Positions 52,082 through 64,000 of a stretch of 64,000 bases of DNA are shown here, in pieces. A program made the translations under genes and the position numbers. The first letter of the stretch is position 1, and each line of letters starts with the position of its first letter. This DNA comes from Vicugna vicugna. Taxonomy: Eukaryota. The stretch spans positions 870,001 through 934,000 of the forward strand of contig MU058065.1 of assembly GCA_013265495.1 (NCBI GenBank), in the 5' to 3' direction. Under the pieces are notes generated by a model. That model did no database searches. It had not been told where the DNA came from and saw nothing but the letters and a program-made list of their open reading frames with translations.

Positions 52082-53150
52082 CCCTAGGTTAGAATTCAGG
52101 CACTCGCTGATGTTACCTAAACTCCATGACATTAAATTCTTTAGCTGATGCATGAGAATAATAGCATCTATTTCAAAATGATGTTGGAAAATACAGAACA
52201 CCAGCTTTGTGGGCAGAAGATTCCACTGGCCCTGTTACTACCATCTCTGAGCCTCATTCTCTCACCTACTTCCTAAGGTGGATATGAAATAATACAAGGC
52301 ATTCAGCACAAGCTCTGGCACACAAAGGATTACCCCTCATCTCCACCCTGGTCTGTTGCTGGAACACTGATAGTTCTAATGCCAAACCAATACTCACAGC
52401 CTTCCTGAAAGGATGCTCTTATTGAAATTCAGCATTATCAGACTTAAGAGCCTGGAAACCTCACAATTCTCATGACGTTCTCTCAGTCTCCTTAGTTACA
52501 GAGCATTTCACCCATGTGCGTCTGCAGAAACTCTTGATCTCCACTCCTGGTTTGCTTTCTCCTGGCTTCATATTTCAGATTGAACACGCAGACACTGATC
52601 TTACTGGTGATGATCACACACTTCTGTATTAGTAGATGCTCTTGGACAATCTCACTGAAAGAGAGGATTTCTGTAGAAGCCGTATTTGTTACTTGGTTGT
52701 GCAAAACAGTTCTTCCTTGTTCTGCGCTATCCTGTACCCTGAATTTAGCATTTTCAGTCCCTGTTTACTAAATACCAGGAGCTGCAACCATCCCTTAGTC
52801 TGGGCACAACTAATAATGCCAAGCCCATTCCTAAATGCCCACAGAGCCTGAAGTAACCTCCACCCCAAATTAAGAAACACTGATTGAGGGTCAAATCCTT
52901 AGCCCTTGAGAGATGGTGCTATTCTGGAATCTATTTTAGAAAGAGCAACCCCAGGGTTCATGTTCAGCAGAAGTTGAAGCCTGCCAAATTTTTTAAGTAT
53001 CCCTTTCTCCAATTAGTCCTCAGTACTGCAACTTATAGATTTATAACATATTTCATAAGGACAAAAAGACACATGTGTTAATAATGTGGACATATTTCCT
53101 GTATTATTTATACATTCTGTCTCTTAGTCAAGAATTCTTTCTCTACACCA

Positions 53151-53497
53151 TGTTAAAAGGCAAACTAAGGCACATTAAAATGTTCAAGACTTTATATAAC
53201 TATACATTTACTCAAATAGTAGATGTGCCAAACCGAAAGTAATTAGGTGTGCTCCACCAACAGAAGCTAGGGGAGAGGTTTTTAAAGAGGAGACATGGAA
53301 ACAAAGCAAGCAATTATTTGATTGGCTAGAGCTTATGCAGTTGTCTCTTTTGGGAGAGCCTTGCTGGCTGTTGGCGATAGTTCTGAAGTTTCACTTTCTC
53401 AGATTCGAGTGATTTGACTCTGGTTTAGGTTTTAGTTTACTTGCATGGGCTCTCAAGGACCTAAGTCTAATGGCTTCCCTGTTTAATTACTTTAACA
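53151..53497 (-). mobile_element. ERV1-type solo LTR
   Basis: Inverted termini TGTTAAA...TTTAACA, with an internal gattgg CCAAT box and ttttaaa TATA-like tract. Confidence 0.65.
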
Positions 53498-53646
53498 ACT
53501 GTTATTTTAAAAAATATTCACGATATTTTCCTCTATTATTTAAAAATGTCACTTTCCACACTTAGACCATGAATCCATCTTGACTTTATGTCTCTGTGGG
53601 AGATGGGAATCACATTTTATTTCCAATGGAAACAAAGTTCATGAGT

Positions 53647-54015
53647 GTCACAGACTGAATGTTTGTGCCCTCACCCCACCTCTAAATTCATATATTAAAA
53701 GACAATTTCCAAGGTGATGGTATTTGGAGGTGGAACTTTTGGGAGGTTGATTAGGTCAATAGGAGTGAGCCCTCATAAATGAGATTAATGCCCTTATAAA
53801 AGAAGCCCCCAGAGAGCTCCCTTGCTCCTTCCACCATATAAGGATAAAGCAAGAAGACAGCTGTCTATGAACCAGGAAATGGACCCTCTTCAAGACATTG
53901 AATCTGCTGGCATCCTGATCTTGGACTTCCCAGCTTCCAACTCTGCGAGAAGTAATTTTATGTTATTTATAAGCCATCCAGTCTGCAGTAGTGTTGTAGA
54001 GGATAAACTAAGACA
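53647..54015 (+). mobile_element. MaLR solo LTR (MLT1A-like)
   Basis: gactgaatgtttgtgccc..gtgatggtatttggaggtgg..gatcttggacttcccagc..aagccatccagtc..ctaagaca. Confidence 0.9.
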
Positions 54016-54019
54016 GTTG

Positions 54020-55600
54020 ATTAATTAAGATTTTCTAATTATTTAGTCACTGATGGTAACTTTTTCTCTCAAATATCTCCATGTCATCTAAGATTTCAAA
54101 TTTATTTTATATGTTCACAGTGTTTCTGTGCCTTCTCTTTGTTGTAATAAATCAATATGGACAAGAGATCGCCTATTTTATTTGTCTCTAATATCTGTTT
54201 GGTTTCTTCGTTTTCTGTTTCATTGCTTAAGTGTATTATTCTTATTCCTTCCTTTCTTCTGTTTCTTTGGGCTTAGTCTGTGTTCTTTTTCTAACTTATT
54301 AAAGGTAATTTTCAACCTTTTTTTCAAGCGTATGAATTTAATTGATATATTTGCCTATAAGCACTGCTCTTTATTGTGTTACATTTTGAAAGGATAGTTC
54401 AATGTCACTTGGTTCTAACTAAGTTAGATTTATTGTAATTTCTTTTCTGACTCATATTAATTATTTTAAATTGCTTAAAGGGAGCTTTTAAATTTTTCAA
54501 TGTATTTTGGGGGTTATCTTCTTACTGATGTCTGTTGTTAATACTTTTTTATAGAGACCATCATCATTATATTTAAGGCTTCCTTTGTGGTACAGAATAC
54601 AATCAATTTTTAGAAATGTGGTATGTTTTTTAAAAATAATATGTATTACTTAATTTTCCCAAAATTTCTGGTGAGCTGTGTGTGTTTGTGTGTCCATTAG
54701 GCCAAGCTTATTAGGTTTTTCAAGTCTTTTTATCTTTATTAATTCTTTTTCTACTTGATTTATCAGTTTCTGAAAAAAATATATATTAAATCCCCTAATC
54801 TTATGTTGCACAATAGTGAATTTGTGAATTTACTTCCAATTAATTATTGTTTTATATATTTTGCTTTGTATCACTAGAATAGAATTTAGGATTGCTGCAA
54901 CTTTCTGGTAAATTGTTCCTTTCATTTTTTATTAAATAGTGCTTTGGGTCCTTAAAGGATACTTTTTCTGACAGCAATATTGCTGTGACAGTTTCCTTTT
55001 TTACATCAAATCAGTCTTTCTTTTTGGTAGTTTTAAGGATTTTTCGTTTGTTTGTTTGATTTAGTGTTTTGCTGTGACACCATGGCATGGCTTTTTTTTT
55101 TACTATATTTCTGGCCTCTATGTTTCTCTATTCTAAGCAATCAAGTCTTTCATTGATGCTAAACATTTTTATCCAATATATCTTAAAATTTGGCTTTCCC
55201 CTCAGGTTCTCTCTTCCTCAGGATATTCTTTTGGGTGCTAGCTTCATCTTTCAATCATTGTCTATTTTTCTGACCTGCCTCTGGGTAGTTTCCGCATCTG
55301 CCTCCTCAAGGTCACAGATACTTATGTCAGCCAAGTCTTAACCTGTCAAACCTGTTCTTTGAAATTTTAATTTAATTACTTCCTTTTTTAAAAATATCTT
55401 TAAGGTTTATTTGGTTTTTTTTAAAATCTCTTTTCTCTTTTATTATATAATTCTGATGTTTTCTCTTCTTCATTATCTTTCATAATTATCAACATTTTAT
55501 TTTATAATCTTTTTCGTATGATATTATCACCTTTACTCTTTATTGTGCTATATATTCTGTCTGCCAGCTTTTCTTTATGATGGCTAGTTGCCTTGTAATT
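54020..55600 (-). mobile_element. Old L1M fragments (antisense)
   Basis: Long T-rich degenerate tract with L1 antisense motifs such as ctacttgatttatcagtttctg. Confidence 0.5.
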
Positions 55601-57984
55601 TGTGTTGATGAGATTATTTTAGAAATAATTGACTTGTATGTATAGTAATCTCATTACCATAGGATTGTGCAGTGAAATCTAATAAATAGTATTTTGTTTG
55701 TTTCTGAACATCCATGGATTTCAGAAGTTTAAAAAATATTGGGCAATACCTAAGGTGAGGAATTAAAACGGACCCTGACTGTAAATTTTATTTCCATGGC
55801 AACTCATGGTGCAGACTTGGCTCCTCAGTTGAAGGAGTCATTCCAAGATCTCTAGTTTAGGAAGGATCCTCAATTCTAGTTCCTCACCTTCCTCAGGTTC
55901 AAGGTTACACCTCTTCTCCTTTCATAGGGGTTACAATTTTAGATCCTATCACTAAGAGATTCTAATGTTTCAACCCTTGATGTCATCTCAGTACCTACCA
56001 ACTCATGAAATTAAACCTCTCTATTTGTACACATTTAGAATCTCCAAAGCTATTTTGTTTCTGGTTTTTTTTCCAGCATATTAATGTGATTTTTGGTAGA
56101 ATTAGAGTTTTGCCTTTGGCAATATCACCATTTCAACCAAACTTTATTCAGTTCTCATAGAATAATCATTTATTGCTGTATATTGTGCACTGCAAACGAA
56201 ATAACAGATGGATGCTGTCCTCACAATAAAGGGGAGGAGAGAGAGAAAGTTGCCCTGAATTGTGGTACATGTGTAAAACTTTTTGGAAAGGATCAAGACA
56301 ACACAGAGAAAGAAGTCATTAGCTGGGCATTAGAGGGTTGGTGAAGACTTAACCACAAAGAGATTTGCAATAACCTCTTCTGGATGACAGGGAGCCACCA
56401 GGGTAGGAAAAAAAGAGAAAAAAAAAAAAAAAACAAAGGAGAAGATTCTGTAAGGAAATTGAATTTGTAGCCTCAGACTGTAATAGCAGCATAGAAGTGA
56501 GACTTGAACTCATAAGAAAAATGACCATATTGATGCAGAAATTATAGAGGAAAAACAAGACTTGAGAATGGTGAGTACTCTCAGTTAAGAAACTGGGAGT
56601 GAATGGAAGAGCTATGAGCAAAGATTTCAAGTGGTAGGAGAAAAGTAATGGCATGGAACTTAGAAATGAAGTTGCACAAACATCATCAAAGAAGCTCATG
56701 TTTTGCGGTTGAACAAAACCTCTGTTGAAAATGAAGCTTCATTTTTGAAAGAAAGTACAAGTGAAGAAGATCTAACCATGAAAAAGTCTTAACCATGAAA
56801 TGAACTTTCCTATTTAAGCAAAACATCTTTTAATTTTCTATTCTCCATATATTTTGTTTTGACCCCCTCGTAACGTTAGTTGCGATGTTTAATTGGAGGT
56901 CATGCTTCTTGAGGTCTTGTCGTTAAATGAGTAAAACAGAAACCACAACCAAAATATAAAGACTATTACAAGTTCTATTACTGGGTGAAGTTTTCTATAA
57001 CGTACATTTTGTTATTTTACCTCCTACAAGGCTAGAAATGTACTCACCTCTATTTCAGGGCACACAAACCCCTTTATTACATCTCACCACCATCCAAAAT
57101 GTCACAGTGAGCAGTTGACCCTGGAAGGAAAAAACTTAACATTTATGTACTGAATTTAAAAAATATGCCTATGAGGTCCCTGAAAAATCCCAAAGCATAA
57201 TCTTCTACTTTACCTTCAGAATTCCATGGGCTTCTATTGTGACACATTCTCCTTGATTCTCTAAAGGTTTATAATCTGTCCAAAAGTTTCTCATTCTAAG
57301 TCCCAAAAGAGAGTTTTGCTTTTTAACTGTTTGCACTATACTAAAAATTAATTCAAGGAACTGACCACTGTGCCTTCAAGACTTGAGTAATTAACCCTCT
57401 TGTATCCATTATGTCTCTCTGAGAGTAGAGTTCCCTCAAAGTGCCAAAGGGCAGTTATTGTAAATCTGCCCAGACAGAGCTTTCAGCATAGAGAAAATTT
57501 AATTCTCAAAGCTTAATGAATGAAAAATAGCCTCACTGAGAAGAATAGCCTTTCTGAGAGTTCTAGCCCAACGTAGAGCACCCACATTTTAGTACCCTTC
57601 ATCAGATAAGCACAGTGTTTGAAACCCAGATTCTCCCTGAAATTGTTTGCCTCTGGTACCCACAGAGCAGTGCTTAACACACAGTAGGTACTAGAAAAAT
57701 ATGTATTGTCTGAACGAAAGCATGAATAATTGAGTGAATTAGAAATTATCTAATTCAATGGTTAATGACCTAGATTTTAAGATGTAGAAACTGAGTTTCA
57801 GAGAACTTTGTGATAAAACTGAGAGTTTTGTATCAGACTTATCTTTACCCCAATTTGTTTCAAGTGAAGGGCAAAGATTTCGATGGTAAAGCAGCATTGA
57901 ATTTATCATGTTTAAATTTTAGATTCTTCCATCTCTAACTAGAGCAGGCAAGAGAATCAGTTGACAAGATGCTTAAAGTTCTGT

Positions 57985-58095
57985 TTTCCCAAACTTCAGT
58001 GGTTCTGATGCAGTGAATCTTGTAAGTAGCCCAGGAATCAGTTTTTATTTAACATCCCTGGTGATCTGATGCACATGGTCATGGACCACACTCTG
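57985..58095. mobile_element. MER5-like hAT relic
   Basis: ttcccaaactt..atttaacatccctggtgatctgatgcac..ggaccacactctgag. Confidence 0.6.
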
Positions 58096-58377
58096 AGTAA
58101 TTGCATCAGCGTACGATAAGCCAAACCAGTCACTGTACTGTATATCCCCAGTGAAGGTGTCATCCATATATACTATTAGAGAAACCCTGGTGTGGCTGTC
58201 TTCATTCTCAGGGCAGGTGCACTTGCTTGCCATCATTGCATATAGAATCCTCTTGCTGAACCAGCTGACTCTTAAAACAGTTTAATTCACCCATGTATCA
58301 ATGGTAGTTTTGTACTAACCAATGGTTGTAAATTCTTTTCTGTCTCCCATGTACCTGAAGGAAGTAATATGGACACA

Positions 58378-58433
58378 TCACTTGCTCCTTTCTGCAGTAA
58401 ATCTTGAACAGGGGTTGTCAGATCCAGGATAAT
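58378..58433 (-). CDS. Coding part of a candidate penultimate exon (whole exon 58355-58433, 79 nt): (D)YPGSDNPCSRFTAERSK*
   Basis: Strong pyrimidine tract and acceptor tttactcctcttccttgtcatcccaag|ATTATCC, donor CTTCAG|gtacat. In phase 1 the TGA (58378-58380) lies 23 nt before the donor. Frame 0 is also open (IILDLTTPVQDLLQKGASDVSILLPS). Confidence 0.55.
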
Positions 58434-58734
58434 CTTGGGATGACAAGGAAGAGGAGTAAATGTCATGTGAAAGAAATCCATAGTTGCTGTTATGTCCATT
58501 AAATTTTTACTTGTATTATTTTTCTGAACTAACAGTTAGCACATGCTTTGAGTATTTATAGGAATAATCTTCTTTTTAAATCTGTCTAACCTCCCTTCAA
58601 TGTCCTGCTTAAATTATGCCACCTCTGTAAGTTCATTTCTGATTCTTCTGAAATTATTCTATCCATTCATGCTCTGTAGCACTTTGATGGAAACTCTGTA
58701 TAACATAACCAGTATTGAAATTTTGTGTTTACAT

Positions 58735-59037
58735 GTTGTGATAGACTAAATGCATGTCCCCAAAATTCACATGTTGAATCTTAATCTCTAGTGTGATGAT
58801 ATTTGAAGGTGGGTCCTTTAGGAGGTGATTAGGTCATGAGGCTCCCTAATTCTTCCTCTATGTAAATACATACTGAGAAGAAGCTGTGTATGAACCAGGA
58901 AGGGGAACATCACCTGGTACCGAATCTACCAGCATCTTGATCTTGACCTTTCCAGCTTCAAGAACTGTGAGAAATATGTCTTGTTTATAAGGCCCCCAGC
59001 CTAGGGTATCCTGTTCTAGCAGCTTGAACTAAGACAT
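58735..59037 (+). mobile_element. MaLR solo LTR (MLT1A-like) inserted in L2
   Basis: gactaaatgcatgtccccaaaattcacatgttgaatc..gaggtgattaggtcatgagg..agcagcttgaactaagaca, with L2-like flanks on both sides. Confidence 0.85.
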
Positions 59038-60198
59038 AGGCACATTTCCTCATAGGCTCTACCAGAAGCCTTGTCTTATTCATCTTTTTTCATCAGCTTC
59101 CAGCAAGTTGTCTAGCCTAGAATAGATTCTCAATAAATAAGTGTGAAAGAAAGAAAAGTAGGCAGGCCAGCACACACAAATGTCCTGGTACTGATGTTAA
59201 GCCACCTCTGAACATGGTTTTTGGTCAGTAGACACAGACAAAGGCACCTGCACGCAAGGTTCTTCTTAATCTAGCCATCAAGAACTTTGCATTTTGCTAA
59301 ATCTAAATACATGCTTATCTTTTGCATATTTTAATGAAAAACATTATATTTTATAAAAATAGAAAAACTTTGACTTACAATAATGAAAGATACTTTGAAT
59401 AAATTACATATATATATATATATATATTTTATGATCCAAAGCAACCAGTATATGTTATTTCGTAAAGGAATGTAGTTTCAGTGTTTTACTGAAAAAGTTC
59501 AAGGTTTGGGAACATTTTTTAAATGATAGTCCAGAAAACCCAGCACCTCCTGAAACTCACACAGTGGTTGGCACTTTTCTCCTTATCATCTAAGAACTCT
59601 GCAAACTTGTTTGTATTGATTAAAGTCTGCAAAGAAAACACATTTATTTACATTGATGTGTGAAACTGGCTGCAGTAATGGAATACTGTACTACCTGCTT
59701 CAGTATTGGACCCTGAAAATCAACTATAGGGCACTGAAGCCATTGTTTTCTGCTTGTAAACAGAAGTTCTTTAAATTCCATAACAAGCCCACTATGCTTG
59801 AAATAACCTGCCAAAATATGACATCTAAAGCGTGTATGTCCATATTCACCTATTTAGATTAGCTAAAGGCCACAAAATATTGGTTTATTCTGAATTTTCC
59901 AGCTATGCTCAAATGCATACATTACTTTTGAAGAAAAGCAAAACAAGTCCTATGTTTACAAAGGCATTAATTTGTTTGCCGATTCTTAAAATAAGAGCCT
60001 TGCTAAAGTCATTAAAAAATAAACAAAACTCAATTCTATGAAATATCTTAGTGTAAAGCGTTCAACTTAGAAAAGAATCTTTCCTCTGTGTGTGCTGCTT
60101 GACTACAATTAAAGAATGCTCTGGTCTTGTGGAATTTCCAGTTTTAGCCACGTAGGGTCTAACCAACCTTCCATCTCACAGGTTTCAGTGGTACTTAC

Positions 60199-60229
60199 CA
60201 GATTCTTTCAAAATAGAGTTGTTCTTTTT
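60199..60229 (-). CDS. Candidate 31-nt internal coding exon of an unidentified minus-strand gene (KKNNSILKES + phase-1 G)
   Basis: Minus strand reads gatctttccag|AAAAAGAACAACTCTATTTTGAAAGAATCTG|gtaagtac. The donor is near consensus and the acceptor is short. Frame 0 is open and phase-compatible with the 58355-58433 exon. No homology check was possible. Confidence 0.5.
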
Positions 60230-61299
60230 CTGGAAAGATCACTTACAATTATATCCAGGAAACAATGCTTAGAGTTTATTTTTAAAAGGAAGAGGAAGTG
60301 TAGGGCAAGATTAAAGCCTGCGATCGCCGCAGAGCCTCCACCCAAGGAGGCCTCTTAAATCTAAGTTCTATCTCTTTATTATGCCTCTTCAGAGGGTGAT
60401 TTGGAGCTGTTGGCTTCTTCCTCCACAAAGAAAAAAGGGAAATTCTGGCAAAATTAGGCTGAAAACACTAACATTAACTTTTCGAAGTCTTTGAGGAAAT
60501 AAACCATATAAGTAGCCGATTTTTAATTAGGCTTAATAATTCTCAAAAATCAATCCTACGTTTGGAAAAAGGGTTATCAGTAAGGAGTAGTAACTCCACA
60601 TACTAGATTTAACGTCAAAAAGAGCAGTAACTGGTAACAGTAATTACAGTTTTAAATAGTATTAGAAAGCAATCTCACCTATGTTCCATTTAATCTTGAC
60701 ATGGGCCTTATGACACAGGTAAATGTATCTTGTACTCCTCAGAGAAGCCTTTAAATCTCCCTTTTATCATTTGTAAGATTGTGATAATAAATTATACTTA
60801 ACTTGCCTAATCTTTTGTATTGTGGAAAATAAAATGATCCCTATGACAAATACCAAAAAAAAATTAAATTAGACACTAATGTATGTTATTGTACTCAAGA
60901 TAAGGAGAGAATTGGAGTTTTCAGATAGCGATTTAAAAAAACAGAAACAATGTATTAAAAACTATGAAGAAAATCAAATTAATTGTGAGGTACACATCCA
61001 CACATCCACACAGGGTCTTATGCTGTGTATCTTCATGTTTCACAGTCTGGGCATCTTTGAAATGATATTTGCTCTGTGCTTACCATTGCATCTTTAGTCC
61101 CTGGAGAAACTGTTAAATAAATGAATGACGTAAATAATGTAACTATCTAGAACAAGGGTCAAATAGGTCTAGCGAAAGACCACATATTAAAATCATGCTG
61201 AGCTAATTCTCTGACCCCAGAAGACATTAGCTTAGAAATTAAATAAACAAACAAAATGGCTAGCTAAAAAATACAATGTTCAGAAATTGCATAATATAT

Positions 61300-61700
61300 T
61301 TTAAATTAATTCATTTCAAATTAAAATATAAAGTAGAAATATTTTTAACAGAATGATAACAGAAACATAACATATCAAAACTTCTGGGAACCGAAAATTT
61401 ATTAAATTTGTAAAATGAAAATTGACACCGCAATGGAGTACTGACACAACACCAGAATAACTATGACTGAAATATTGATGATAACAAGTGTTGATGAGGC
61501 TGAGGAGAAACTGGAACCCTCTTAGGTTGCTGATAGAAGAAAACAATTTACACAGCCACTTTAGAGAAGTAGTTGGTAGTATCTGTTATAGGAGAACATT
61601 TGCATACCCCTTTCACAGCACTGTAGGATCTCTTTTTAATCCAGGCAGGGCCTTCCAAACATTTACCCTTCATAATACACAGAAAATGATGTTCATTTAA
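61300..61700 (+). mobile_element. Old L1M fragment
   Basis: gataacaagtgttgatgaggctgaggagaaactggaaccctc..cagccactttagaga. Confidence 0.65.
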
Positions 61701-62199
61701 CACACTGAGGGAAACTGAGGACACTTTTGTGGCATGAGGTCATCAAATTTAGTACCAATGAACCATCCAGTCATCCTGAGGATTAATGTTCAATGCATAG
61801 GACATTTTCATCTAAGCACACCGGTGTGCTAGACCCATACCTTTTGGGAAGCTCCGTTCTTGGTAACTAAACTGTAATTGGAGGAGAGAGACAATACATG
61901 TGAATATTTCTATCATGTATACATTTTTATTTATATAATAGTAAATGCTAAATCCTCCAAGGGGTGTGCTCTATTAGGATAGGAAACAGCCCCTAAGAAT
62001 GGAAACATAGGAAAAGAAGTCATAGAGGTAGTGAGACTTGGGTTTTACGTCTTTCTTAAAAATTACACCCCCAAAAAATTTCCACTTAAATCTGTGCTGT
62101 CAAAAATGTCAGTCTAACTATTATCATTTTGAAATCTGTCTCAAGGCCTTGGTGAAATGAGGTAGGATATAAAGCTATATTTTGAAAAATGGTTTTGTC

Positions 62200-64000
62200 T
62201 TCTGCTTCTGGGAAGATGATGTAGGCATACTTTTCCACAAAGAATAGCTATGAATTCTGGGAATTACATATAGAATAAACAAAAGATTCTAAACAGCAGA
62301 GAGAAGGAAGATCATCTAGGGACCTTGGGACACAAGGGACAGCATGCTGGCAAGTTCTGCAGATTTTCTTTTAGTCTTATTTATGGCAGACCTGGAGCAG
62401 AAGAAGCAGGTAATCTGGAAATGTCAGCAGGAACTGACGAAACAGTAGCCTCAACAAAAGACTTCTCTCTCTAGCCAGAGGACCAAGACAGAGGCAGCAA
62501 GACAGAAATCTTTTAGAAAATAACTACTCTAGCCAAACATTGCAGAAAGAGCCATGGTGCCACATCAATTCATGTCAGCAGACCTTGAGTGGGAAGTCGA
62601 GAACATCTACTCTTGCGCAGGTGTAAGGCTTCCCAGTACATCCCTGCCAGGTGGCTTCAAAGAAGGCCAGGGAGGGAGCTGGCACTGTCCTCCCTGCTGG
62701 ACAGAATGAAAGTGAACTCCCAGCCCCGGGGTATATTACATAGGTAGTTTGAATAACATTGTAAATACTAAGGCTAATTAGTTCATACTTTTAACACTAA
62801 CAAAAGAAATCTCCAGGTCCATATGGTGTTCCTGAAATATCAGACTTTTAAGGAAAAGCTAATAACAATCCTATATAATTTTTCCAGAAAATAGAAGAAG
62901 GAGGGATACTTCCCAGTTCACTTTTTATAACTAGTATTACCCTGGTACCCAAACCATACAAACAGAGTTAAAAATAAAACTATCCGAGAACAATATTAGT
63001 TATGAATATAGATGTAAAATACCTAACAAAATACTCACATTTAGAATTCAGCAATATATAAAAATAATTATATATCATAAATAAGTGGAATTTCTTCCAA
63101 GGATGCAAGTCTGGTTTGATATTCAAAGTCAGTCAACATAATCTACCGTATTAACAGGCTAAAGAAGAAAAAACATATTACCATATTAACTCGTGCAAAA
63201 AAGCATTTGACAAAATCTAATTTCCTTCTGTAATTTAACCTAACAAGCAAAAATACCCTTTCATCAGACTCAGAATAAAGAACTTCCTCAACTTAATAAA
63301 GGATACCAAAGCATATCTGCAGGTAACATTATCCTTAGTGGTGAAAGACTGAAAGCTTTACCTGTAAGTTCAGAAACAAGGCAAGAATATTCATGTGACA
63401 ACTCTCAACGTAGTGCTGGAAGAAGTACTTCCCAGTGCAATAAGGTAAGGAAAAGGGGTCAAATGTATGCAGATTAGAAAGGAAAAAAAAATTAACTGTC
63501 CATGTTTAAAGATGCCATGATTGTCTAAGTAGAAAATCTACACAAAATCACCCCAAAATTTTTAGAACTAATAAGTGAGTTCAACATGGTCGTAGATATA
63601 AGATAAATATACAACTATTGTTTGATTTTTCTATACTAGTTGTGAACACCTGAGCAGTGAAATTAAAAATAAAATGTTTATAACCATTATAAAAGAGAGA
63701 TGTTTAATATAAATCTGAGAAAGCATGTATGGAGTTTATGTGCCAAAAGTCACATTCAGATAAAGAAATTACAGTAAATATAAATAAATGGAGATAATAT
63801 ATAATATTTATGCATATTATATATGTTAGACATAGTATGTAGTAAAAGTATGTTATTCTAAAGTTTATGTAGAAAAACAAAACAATTAAAAATTACTTTT
63901 AGTTAAATTACAAATTTAACTAAAAATACTTTAAGACTTTTGAAACAATAATAAAAGTGGGAAGATTAAGTCTACACGATTTTCTAGATGTATAGCAACA
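62200..64000 (+). mobile_element. Old L1M: 5'-region-like part then degenerate ORF2 RT, running to the window edge
   Basis: ccagaaaatagaagaaggagggatacttcccagttca..tagtattaccctggtacc..aaagcatttgacaaaat..caaggcaagaat..gatgccatgattgtc. Confidence 0.75.

Noticed and set aside
58287..58499. 70-aa ORF MDITATMDFF... as a stand-alone gene
   Set aside because: Better explained as read-through of the 79-nt exon into flanking intron, since its N-terminal part is the polypyrimidine tract.
1..64000. CRISPR arrays, operons, rRNA, intact provirus or other prokaryote-like systems
   Set aside because: None seen. Repeats are simple tandems or mammalian interspersed elements, and the LTRs are solo with no recognisable gag/pol/env.

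Overview
AT-rich, CpG-poor, repeat-dense mammalian nuclear DNA, most likely from a camelid. That inference rests on a tRNA-derived SINE head GGTATATAGCTCAGTGG...GCATGCTTAGCATGCA, artiodactyl-type young L1 3' ends with TSDs, and no Alu, BovB/Bov-tA, PRE1 or CanSINE seen. Much of the window is decayed interspersed repeat: L1, L2, MIR, MaLR MLT1/MLT2 and other solo LTRs, hAT MER elements and microsatellites. Apart from L1 ORF2 relics, the supplied ORFs look like noise or microsatellite artefacts. The best non-repeat signal, read from splice motifs, is the probable 3' end of a minus-strand spliced gene that I cannot name. It has a 31-nt exon (60199-60229), a 79-nt exon (58355-58433) and a short terminal exon (~49383-49490) with AATAAA and a U/GU-rich downstream element. 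The phases join to give ...KKNNSILKESDYPGSDNPCSRFTAERSK*, and exon skipping could give other C-termini. Positions 1-49 kb would then be intergenic. I found no convincing evidence of a new biological system. All repeat family names are from memory of consensus sequences, and most repeat boundaries are approximate.
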